Below are positions 55,766 through 64,000 of a DNA stretch of 64,000 nt, piece by piece. The position numbers and the translations under genes are program-made. The first letter of the stretch is position 1, and every line of letters starts with the position of its first letter. Under the pieces are notes generated by a model. It made no database searches. It was not told the DNA's origin and was given only the letters and a program-made list of their open reading frames with translations. The DNA is from TPA_inf: Saccharomyces (lineage: Eukaryota). The stretch is taken from positions 320,001 through 384,000 of the forward strand of contig BK006936.2 of NCBI GenBank assembly GCA_000146045.2, given 5' to 3'.

Positions 55766-56573
55766 CTAGAGATAGTAATAATCTAATGGCAAAATAGCCA
55801 TTATACGTACCTAATATATACGTATATATACGAGGAGATGTGCTCATCAAAGAAGTGGCATTTCACCCTGAAATTTTTTTTCTTTTTCTCGCTGAAGAGT
55901 CATTCCTAGTAAAGCATGCTACTTTTCAGTATATTCCATTATATTTTTAACTACAAGCGGCGCAGAAACCAGAGGATCAGCCACTGCTAGCAGCATTTGC
56001 TGCTGACATATTTACCGTTGAAGGCCATCATAAGGCAGTGTTCTGCGGGGAGTTGGAATGTGGATGCCGGTTCCGGTCCCACAAAATATGAGCCGTGAGA
56101 AGCGGCACATAATGCAGCGTGCGGCAGTGTCAGTAGCCTCCTTATACTCCTAGATCGAAAAAAGGGCTTTTCTTTTTGCGGCACCCCAAAGACAGCATTT
56201 CTTTTCTGTCAATTACGCGCCGTGTCGCCGTTTCTTTTCTTGGCACATTTACACACTTAGTCCGTTTCTTTTTTTGCGCGTTATATTCTGCTATGTTTTT
56301 TCGTTGGTTTATATGATGAGTAATCAAACTCATCCATCAGTCTGCAACATTAGTAGGTGCAAGGTGGAAGCTTTGTGCGCACAACATGTTTGATTGCAAA
56401 GATTTTTAGTAGAAATAAAACTACTCTTAACAGACTTAAAAATTTAATTTAATTATGCAGATTTGTCCTTTCTCGACTTGCATTAATGCTAAAAAACAAT
56501 TATATATTTTGTTATCCTGAAGAGTGGCAACGAAAGCCCGATGAAGCCAAGCGGAAAATGAATGGAATTGCTG

Positions 56574-58433
56574 TTAGCACCAGAAATTGGTCATCCTCTT
56601 AAAAAACTTTCTTGAACGCGAGCTGTTTGGATTTTCCGACGATTCTGAATTTTCATACTCTTTAAGATCATCGTTATCGTCAACTTTGTCGATCTCTGTA
56701 AGCGATGGAGACACAAATATGTTTCTATGTGAGTCCAAATCAATTTTTTCGGCTGGAATCCAAAAGCTCCATGATTTGAAGTATATCTTGTGACCAAAAT
56801 AGGCAAACAAAACGATGGGCATTGCCAAATAATTTTGGAAAAACACTTTGACGTTAAGTTTTCCATGTTCATTAACAGGTGCGATGGCTACCCAGAACTG
56901 GCACACAAGGAAGAAGATTGCAATTAAAACTGCAAGCCATGAACCCCAATAGCCAGTTTGTGCTTTGTATCCAACTTCGTTCATCGAACGACCTTGCTTT
57001 GCCATGGCATCTCTAAATCTTATATGTGACAAGGACATTGACATCCAGATAAATAATTGCGAAAGACTAGAAATTGCCAATAACCAGGTGAAAACCTGTT
57101 CTTCAGCGTCACTAGTGGCTACAAACCCAATGCATCCAAAGACAAGGGAAACAAAAAAACAAAGTAAAGGCCTGCCGTTTCTATCAACATATGCTAAGCA
57201 TTTAGGTAAGACGCCTTGTTCTGCCAATGATAATAACAATCTTGGCCCAGAATATAACGAAGAGTTTGCAACAGAAATGACAGAAATCAAAATAACAGCA
57301 TTTATAAAGTGAGGCACAACTTTGACACCATGTGATGCAACAGCAATGACAAATGGGGAGGCATGGGATCCAGAGGAGTCACTAGACCCTAATAATTCGT
57401 CACTGTTGTATGGAACAAGAAAGCAAACCAAAATGGTGGTGAGCATGTAAATCAGCAGAATACGGTATACCACTTTTTTGCAGGCATTGGGAATAGATTT
57501 TGTTGGGTTTTCCTGCTCAGCGGCAGATAGAAGTAGAACTTCAATTCCACCGTAGCTGAATGCAGCATAACAGAAAACCGTACATACACCTTTGAAACCG
57601 TGGGCAAATGGACCAGGATTGTGCCAGTACTCAGCACCGATGTATCTTCTGTCACCTGCACCACCACAATTGATGATAATCGCCAGAATGACGAATCCGA
57701 TTACCATCAATATCTTACAGGAATTGAAAATGAACTCGGCTTCAGCATAGCCTCTGGACCCAAATAGATTAATGATAATTACAAAAACGAAAACCACGGC
57801 AACAAAGATGTCTGCATTTACACTCGTCCAGTACTTAACTGTCATTGCCGCAGTGACCAATTGTAAGGGCAGAACAGTTAGCCATTGAATGGTGTAAACC
57901 ACAGAAACTGCAAAACCCAACGAAGGGTCGACTAAAATAGAAGGATATCTGGTGTAATTGCCGGTTAGTCCTGCATAACAGAGACCTAACTCGCCTGCCG
58001 CTTGGATGATACAGTAAAGCATGATCGATGCTATTCCGTAACCAAGGACTAACCCGGCAGGACCAGCTGTTCCCAGCACCTGACCATTACCGACCAGTAA
58101 ACCAGTACCTATACCGGTACCGAGACTGATCATGACTAAGTGACGAGATTTGATCGACTTTGTCAGGTTGTTTTTTTCTTGGGACTCTAGTTCGGAATTA
58201 CGGTCTGGTGGCAGCTGCCTTTTAAAAGAGTCGAAGAATTCTTTGCATTTCCTCTGTAATATGGATTTGCTGTCCGTCCTTCGAGGCTCCGCTGTTTGTC
58301 CAGATACCTCATCTTGTTTTTCTGTTATTGTAAAGTCTCTCTTTTGTTTTTCACTGTGTGTTCTTTCATGCAAACTGTGCGAATATTGTGCTGGACTGGC
58401 CTCTTTGGCAATGAAACTGACACTATCGTCCAT
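56574..58433 (-). CDS. TAT1: Aromatic/branched amino acid permease (APC family), 619 aa. It is the tandem paralogue of BAP2.
   Basis: 619-aa ORF, clearly paralogous to the upstream permease (shared blocks …[14 protein letters not shown]…, …NCGGAG…, …WLTVLPL…). It matches YBR069C. Confidence 0.85.
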   Translation of the reverse strand: MDDSVSFIAKEASPAQYSHSLHERTHSEKQKRDFTITEKQDEVSGQTAEPRRTDSKSILQRKCKEFFDSFKRQLPPDRNSELESQEKNNLTKSIKSRHLVMISLGTGIGTGLLVGNGQVLGTAGPAGLVLGYGIASIMLYCIIQAAGELGLCYAGLTGNYTRYPSILVDPSLGFAVSVVYTIQWLTVLPLQLVTAAMTVKYWTSVNADIFVAVVFVFVIIINLFGSRGYAEAEFIFNSCKILMVIGFVILAIIINCGGAGDRRYIGAEYWHNPGPFAHGFKGVCTVFCYAAFSYGGIEVLLLSAAEQENPTKSIPNACKKVVYRILLIYMLTTILVCFLVPYNSDELLGSSDSSGSHASPFVIAVASHGVKVVPHFINAVILISVISVANSSLYSGPRLLLSLAEQGVLPKCLAYVDRNGRPLLCFFVSLVFGCIGFVATSDAEEQVFTWLLAISSLSQLFIWMSMSLSHIRFRDAMAKQGRSMNEVGYKAQTGYWGSWLAVLIAIFFLVCQFWVAIAPVNEHGKLNVKVFFQNYLAMPIVLFAYFGHKIYFKSWSFWIPAEKIDLDSHRNIFVSPSLTEIDKVDDNDDLKEYENSESSENPNSSRSRKFFKRMTNFWC

Positions 58434-59220
58434 TTTTACGCCTTTTTATCGAGAAACTATATTAGGTAGCTACGGTGGTAAAGGCACCTTATAATACAGC
58501 TTGGTTCTATGTATTAATTTCAGACTATTTTATGGTCTGCTTTTTTTTACGGTCAGAGAAAAGATGAAATAGATGCCACAAAACAGGGATATATACGAAA
58601 ACAGCATCTTATATACTTTTTTACTCCAACATTAATTTCCAAAACAGGTGAGATGAGGTAACCCATTCGAAAAATTTAAATGTTCAGACACTGTCAAGTT
58701 AAAGAATATAACCTGGAGGTTTTCTTTTCTTTTTGTCCATCAAAATGCACTTTTTTTGAAAAAAAATGCCTTGTCAAGATAATGTGAAGTTTACTGGAAG
58801 GGCCCTTTCCTCATCGGGTTGCCGGCCCTGACTGACCTTTTTTGTATTTTTGGCCGTCCCGGCGCGGCGAAGAGTGAGACGACACCAAATAGCCGTACGG
58901 CAATAATCCTCGTGCAAAAATCTCTAAGACCGGTGTCGCATTATCCTTTACACACCAAATTTGGTGCCGTAATGCATTATGCATACACTGTGCAATTATG
59001 CAGACATGAAATGTGATTGTTTGCTTTGTATACGTAGTAATTGTAAGTAAGTGATTTACTGATTTACTTTCTGGTTAGCAGTGGTAGTTTTAATGCGTTG
59101 GCCGGATTGTTTATATTTTGTGAAGCAATCCTGGAAATTTTAAGCATCAAAGAAGGTGCGGTGCCACCATAAGACTTCAAAAATAGTTGGAAGTTTTACT
59201 ATCCTACATAAATGGTTTAC

Positions 59221-59934
59221 TTAAACAAGGATGCCGAACCACTTGGATCTTGGTAAATAATTGTCCCTCAATTCTTGCCACTGGACAATGAATTCATCCA
59301 CTACCCAATATAATATTTTTCCGGTCAGACTAGGAGTATTAATCCTTGCCAGCGATTCTACATAAACTATATGGGAGGAACCCAACAGGGGCAAAAGAAG
59401 TTCCATAATTTTCAACCAAAAGGATATTATACAGCATGTTCCAGGCCCATTCAATAAAAACAGATGAGGGGAACCACACATAGCAAATCTGATTCTAACC
59501 ACGTGCACAAAAGATTGTACCAACGTTCCAATGATGGTCTTTACACTTTGTAGGAGAGTCGCTTTAACTTCCCTAGCTTTCATGAATTCATAGTATTTTA
59601 CTTTGCAATGACCAAATTTTTTTATAAAGTGGGCGAATCTTTGCCTGGAAGCCTCATCAGAATAACCCAAGTACACAATCGACTTACCCAGTAAAAGATC
59701 CTGGTAATTTTCTAGAAGACGGATCATTTCACCAGTATGACCTCCCGATCCTAAGAATACAAAAATCTTGAGCGGTTTCTTTGACGATTTTCGTATTTTC
59801 AGTAGGTTAACTCCATCTTTCGTATCCTTTTCTGTACCTGCTTGAGTGTGGAAAAAAGGCAGAATCGCTATCAACCTAATAACATATGCTGTCGATACGA
59901 TGAGCACCAATGACGCCAAGTAGGCCGTTTTCAT
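59221..59934 (-). CDS. ALG14: UDP-GlcNAc transferase membrane-anchoring subunit (Alg13/Alg14 complex), 237 aa.
   Basis: The ORF was trimmed to MKTAYLASLVLIVSTAYVIRL…, giving 237 aa and matching YBR070C. It has an N-terminal TM segment and a GSGGHTGEM motif. Confidence 0.8.
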   Translation of the reverse strand: MKTAYLASLVLIVSTAYVIRLIAILPFFHTQAGTEKDTKDGVNLLKIRKSSKKPLKIFVFLGSGGHTGEMIRLLENYQDLLLGKSIVYLGYSDEASRQRFAHFIKKFGHCKVKYYEFMKAREVKATLLQSVKTIIGTLVQSFVHVVRIRFAMCGSPHLFLLNGPGTCCIISFWLKIMELLLPLLGSSHIVYVESLARINTPSLTGKILYWVVDEFIVQWQELRDNYLPRSKWFGILV

Positions 59935-60410
59935 GATCTTCAAGTCACTTCTTTCGACTTTCCTGATACAATAATAAACCGCCGATTACAGTTATTGCGG
60001 GCCCTTGTACATGAAATATTAGGATGGCTTCGCTAAGAACATTTTTGCTTCTGGACAGACAGAACACGTAAAAAAAGAAACACGAAATTACGACTAACTT
60101 TCGCGTAGGGGTAAAATTACCTAATGCGCGTAATTAAAAAAAAAAGCACAGCAGTGTAAATTGGAGCAATAGGAGAAAATGACCTGTAAAGGAAGTATTC
60201 GAATTCACTAGTGCGGATATTAATAGAATTCATAATTTCGCGCTTGGCTGCTCATTATATTCTTGACTATTTGCCAAACTGTTATAAAGAAGCCTCAATA
60301 TTCGTTTGGTTTATTGTTAAAGAAGGCGCAAGCTCGGCACGAGAAATATACGACGATAAAGAACATACCAACTATATATTGTGACGGCACAAAAAGACAA
60401 AATACGTAAA

Positions 60411-61046
60411 ATGCTAAGACGCTCTAAAAATTCCAGCACTAACACAAACGCAGACACCAAGAAAAGACAATCCATGCATTTAGGATCCAAAAGTTCGCTA
60501 ATCTCGCTGACTAGCGAATTTGGCCATGGACACTCCAAGACGAAGCAGAAAAAGGAGGAGGGCACAGCTCCTTCTCAATTCCTGTCTCCTACGAATAAGA
60601 GAAGCACATCTAGTCAGTCAAAGTTAAAAAGGAGCAGCTTGTTACTGGACGAAACACTGCTTAAAGACTACCACTCGGCCATGAGGCACATGCAAACAAA
60701 CGCTGCAAAGGAAGAAAAGCTGCGGATGGCTCCATCACCAACGCAGTCAACGAGGAGCGAATCAGACGCCAGTCTTTCCTCCACCAAGAGCTCGATCTCT
60801 TCCATATTTTCCCAAGATAATGACTATTCCATTCACGATTTGTTGTACGAAGATATTGAAGAGATGGATAAAACAGACGCTTTCAAAATTAACAACACAA
60901 TAGCAATCGATGATTCTAAAGCTCTCTTTGTCTTCTGTTCAAACGACTCCTCCTCAAGGACAGCGTCTATCGAAACATTGCACGAATCAAATTTGGACAA
61001 CCTGGATATGGGTTCCAGTAGAAGGACATCGTTGGACTTTTTTTAA
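60411..61046 (+). CDS. Ser/Thr-rich protein of unknown function, 211 aa.
   Basis: The ORF was trimmed from the GTG-start track ORF (60381) to ATG 60411 (MLRRSKNSSTNTN…), giving 211 aa and matching YBR071W. Confidence 0.7.
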   Translation: MLRRSKNSSTNTNADTKKRQSMHLGSKSSLISLTSEFGHGHSKTKQKKEEGTAPSQFLSPTNKRSTSSQSKLKRSSLLLDETLLKDYHSAMRHMQTNAAKEEKLRMAPSPTQSTRSESDASLSSTKSSISSIFSQDNDYSIHDLLYEDIEEMDKTDAFKINNTIAIDDSKALFVFCSNDSSSRTASIETLHESNLDNLDMGSSRRTSLDFF

Positions 61047-61162
61047 TATAACCTACCATAGGACACACTTTGTTGTTGATGTTGGACAATTCGTTAATTA
61101 AGAGTCCCTAAACGGCTCTACTAGTTCCAACCTCACTTTGTTTTTTCATTTTTTTATGTTTT

Positions 61163-61175
61163 TTCTAGAACCTTC
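61163..61175 (+). promoter_or_regulatory. Heat-shock element TTCtaGAAccTTC (three alternating nGAAn units) in the HSP26 upstream region.
   Basis: Perfect 3-unit HSE about 860 bp upstream of the HSP26 ATG. Further partial nGAAn/nTTCn arrays lie at ~61181-61215 and ~61811-61835. Confidence 0.55.
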
Positions 61176-61538
61176 TTTACGTGATTCTCGCTCGGAATCC
61201 GTCAATAGAATGTTTTCAGTCTCCGTTTCAATATTCTGCGCACATCAATCATTTTCTTACTACATACACTAACATTACTCCTAGTTTAATTTAATTGAAT
61301 TTTTAACTTTCTTTTCTTTTCATTTGGCAATTTGGCTCCTTGAAAACAAGACTATGGGTCTCTCTCATAAGCCTCAGGGGGGGACCCCAAAAAAATAACG
61401 CGGCCATCTTGCATGCACCGTTGAACCTGTAGCTTACAGTAAGCCACAATTCTCTTACCTTCTTGGCAATGTGGCACAAAATAATCTGGTTATGTGTCTT
61501 CATTTGGTAATCACTGGGATGTTACTGGGGCAGCAGCA

Positions 61539-61574
61539 ACTCCGTGTGTACCCCTAACTCCGTGTGTACCCCTA
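61539..61574 (+). promoter_or_regulatory. Tandem 18-bp direct repeat (ACTCCGTGTGTACCCCTA x2), each unit carrying a CCCCT stress-response element (Msn2/4 site). Additional STREs are AGGGG at 61376-61380 and CCCCT at ~61703-61707.
   Basis: The exact repeat is read from the sequence. The CCCCT/AGGGG cores are 320-650 bp upstream of HSP26, a promoter known to be Hsf1- and Msn2/4-regulated. Confidence 0.6.
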
Positions 61575-61875
61575 AAGAACCTTGCCTGTCAAGGTGCATT
61601 GTTGGATCGGAATAGTAACCGTCTTTACATGAACATCCACAACCAACGAAAGTGCTTTTTCAAGCATTGCTTGATTTCTAGAAAGATCGATGGTTATTCC
61701 CTCCCCCTTATGCGTCCAAAAATATAGGGTGCTCGTAACAGTAAGGTATTCGCACTTAGCGTGCTCGCAACACAAAATTAAGTAATATGCGAGTTTTAGA
61801 TGTCCTTGCGGATCTATGCACGTTCTTGAGTGGTATTTCATAACAACGGTTCTTTTTCACCCTTATTCCTAAACA

Positions 61876-61883
61876 TATAAATA
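61876..61883 (+). promoter_or_regulatory. TATA box (TATAAATA) about 150 bp upstream of the HSP26 ATG.
   Basis: Consensus TATA element at the expected distance. Confidence 0.55.
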
Positions 61884-62029
61884 GGACCTCCATTAGTTAG
61901 AGATCTGTTTTTAATCCATTCACCTTTCATTCTACTCTCTTATACTAATAAAACCACCGATAAAGATATATCAGATCTCTATTAAAACAGGTATCCAAAA
62001 AAGCAAACAAACAAACTAAACAAATTAAC

Positions 62030-62674
62030 ATGTCATTTAACAGTCCATTTTTTGATTTCTTTGACAACATCAACAACGAAGTTGATGCCTTTAACAGATT
62101 GCTGGGTGAAGGCGGCTTAAGAGGCTACGCACCAAGACGTCAGTTAGCAAACACACCCGCAAAGGATTCTACTGGCAAGGAAGTTGCTAGACCAAATAAC
62201 TATGCTGGCGCTCTTTATGATCCCAGAGATGAAACCTTAGATGATTGGTTCGACAATGACTTGTCCCTGTTCCCATCTGGTTTCGGTTTCCCTAGAAGTG
62301 TCGCAGTTCCAGTTGATATTTTGGACCATGACAACAACTACGAGTTGAAAGTCGTGGTTCCTGGTGTCAAAAGCAAGAAGGACATTGATATTGAGTACCA
62401 TCAAAACAAGAACCAAATTTTGGTTTCTGGTGAAATTCCATCTACCTTGAATGAAGAGAGTAAAGACAAGGTCAAGGTCAAGGAGAGCAGCTCTGGTAAG
62501 TTCAAGAGAGTCATCACTTTGCCAGACTACCCAGGTGTGGATGCAGACAACATTAAAGCAGACTACGCAAATGGTGTTTTGACATTAACAGTTCCAAAAT
62601 TGAAGCCTCAGAAGGATGGTAAGAACCACGTCAAGAAGATTGAGGTTTCTTCTCAAGAATCGTGGGGTAACTAA
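62030..62674 (+). CDS. HSP26: Small heat-shock protein (alpha-crystallin domain), 214 aa.
   Basis: MSFNSPFFDFFDNINNEVDAFNRLLGEGGLRGYAPRRQLANTPAKDSTGKEVARPNNYAGALYDPRDETLDDWFDNDLSLFPSGFGFPRSV…GVLTLTVPKLKPQKDGKNHVKKIEVSSQESWGN matches Hsp26p with an ACD fold. YBR072W. Confidence 0.95.
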   Translation: MSFNSPFFDFFDNINNEVDAFNRLLGEGGLRGYAPRRQLANTPAKDSTGKEVARPNNYAGALYDPRDETLDDWFDNDLSLFPSGFGFPRSVAVPVDILDHDNNYELKVVVPGVKSKKDIDIEYHQNKNQILVSGEIPSTLNEESKDKVKVKESSSGKFKRVITLPDYPGVDADNIKADYANGVLTLTVPKLKPQKDGKNHVKKIEVSSQESWGN

Positions 62675-63111
62675 AGTGACCTGGCTCTATAGTGTTGTCC
62701 CTCTCGCGAGGACCATTGTTGCTTGCATATGGGCTTGAAACATATGGTCATCACATCTGAGCGATTTTACCTCTTAGAATTAGTTTAGATATATATGAGT
62801 TGATGAATAAATAGTTATAAAAACTTGCTTTGGCTTCGATATATGACCGTTATTTTTGACTAAGTTTTAACGAAGGAATCTAACCTCGTTCTTGTAATTA
62901 CCAAAATCTTCAACAACGCGCTGTTGGAGGTATCTCTATGGATGTGGCTTGAAATATGGATGTCTTGCCTACTTCTACTTCTGGGAAAGGCATTTTTACT
63001 CGATCGCGTTAATATATGCATCAAGAAAATAAAAAATAAAACGCGAAGAGCTAAAAAAAAAAAAGAAAACCTACTATAAATAACCGATTAGAATCGAGTT
63101 TTTGTATTGAA

Positions 63112-64000
63112 ATGGCGGTAATAAGCGTTAAACCTCGACGAAGAGAGAAGATCCTACAGGAGGTAAAAAACAGCTCGGTATATCAAACGGTATTTGATTC
63201 CGGTACTACTCAAATGCAGATACCGAAATATGAGAACAAGCCATTCAAGCCTCCAAGAAGGGTTGGATCAAATAAGTACACACAACTCAAACCAACCGCC
63301 ACTGCAGTCACAACAGCCCCTATATCTAAAGCCAAAGTTACTGTCAACTTGAAAAGAAGCATTTCGGCGGGACCTACTTTAAATCTTGCCAAGAAGCCGA
63401 ATAATCTGTCCTCAAATGAAAACACTAGATATTTTACTATCATGTACAGGAAGCCTACTACCAAAAAGCACAAGACTTGGAGTGGTGATGGCTACGCTAC
63501 CTTAAAAGCCAGTAGCGATAAGTTATGCTTTTATAACGAAGCAGGGAAATTTCTTGGGTCAAGTATGCTACCAAGTGATTCAGATTCTCTCTTCGAAACT
63601 CTTTTCAAAGCAGGCTCCAATGAAGTACAATTGGATTACGAATTGAAGGAAAATGCAGAAATACGTAGCGCCAAAGAAGCCTTATCACAAAACATGGGAA
63701 ATCCCAGCCCACCGACCACAAGCACAACAGAAACAGTGCCTTCTACGAAGAATGACGGTGGCAAATACCAAATGCCTCTGTCTCAGCTGTTTTCACTAAA
63801 CACTGTGAAAAGATTCAAATCAGTAACAAAGCAAACAAATGAACACATGACCACAGTACCTAAAACCAGTCAAAATTCCAAAGCCAAAAAATATTATCCA
63901 GTATTTGATGTCAACAAAATCGATAATCCTATAGTAATGAACAAAAATGCAGCCGCTGAAGTTGACGTAATTGTTGATCCATTACTGGGCAAATTCTTGC
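63112..64000 (+). CDS. RDH54: 5' portion (first ~296 codons) of the Swi2/Snf2-family DNA-dependent ATPase involved in recombinational repair. It continues beyond the window end.
   Basis: ATG at 63112, open to the window edge. MAVISVKPRRREKILQEVKNSSVYQTVFDSGTTQMQIPKYENKPFKPPRRVGSNKYTQLKP… is consistent with the Rdh54/Tid1 N-terminus. Its position after HSP26 matches YBR073W. Confidence 0.8.
   Translation, partial: MAVISVKPRRREKILQEVKNSSVYQTVFDSGTTQMQIPKYENKPFKPPRRVGSNKYTQLKPTATAVTTAPISKAKVTVNLKRSISAGPTLNLAKKPNNLSSNENTRYFTIMYRKPTTKKHKTWSGDGYATLKASSDKLCFYNEAGKFLGSSMLPSDSDSLFETLFKAGSNEVQLDYELKENAEIRSAKEALSQNMGNPSPPTTSTTETVPSTKNDGGKYQMPLSQLFSLNTVKRFKSVTKQTNEHMTTVPKTSQNSKAKKYYPVFDVNKIDNPIVMNKNAAAEVDVIVDPLLGKFL

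Noticed and set aside
61151-61161. ARS consensus sequence match (TTTTATGTTTT, WTTTAYRTTTW) between YBR071W and HSP26.
   Set aside because: 11-bp ACS matches occur frequently by chance in AT-rich yeast intergenic DNA. Without B elements or experimental data this is not evidence of an origin.

Overview
The window reads as a gene-dense stretch of the Saccharomyces cerevisiae chromosome II right arm, running from the 3' end of FAT1 (YBR041W) to the 5' part of RDH54 (YBR073W). Identification is from memory of protein sequences, lengths, gene order and orientation, and is not database-verified. It contains about 36 protein-coding genes, mostly on the minus strand. Two are intron-containing (RPS11B and YBR062C). 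Three tRNA genes (tV(UAC), tL(UAA), tQ(UUG)) are present, and two of them have Ty1/Ty2 delta LTR remnants immediately upstream. Known heat-shock/stress elements lie in the HSP26 promoter. The supplied ORF track uses non-ATG starts (TTG/GTG/CTG shown as M), so many track ORFs carry N-terminal extensions; I trimmed those to the internal ATG that reproduces the remembered protein length. The most interesting observation is a full-length, colinear but heavily decayed copy of the lysyl-tRNA synthetase gene KRS1 in the 2.2 kb 'intergenic' gap between ORC2 and TRM7 (42884..44571, + strand). Its start codon is mutated to GTG, and it carries multiple in-frame stops, frameshifts and an internal ~70-codon deletion. 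It sits where a whole-genome-duplication sister copy of KRS1 (YDR037W) would be expected in the chrII/chrIV duplicated block (YRO2/MRH1, MNC1/YDR034W-B, NRG2/NRG1, BAP2/BAP3, RPS11B/RPS11A, REB1/NSI1, REG2/REG1). To my knowledge it is not a standard annotated feature. No prokaryote-type system (CRISPR, operon, defence island) is present; this is ordinary eukaryotic chromosome. Coordinates near RPS11B exon 2 may be off by one because my reading of the text and the ORF track disagree there.
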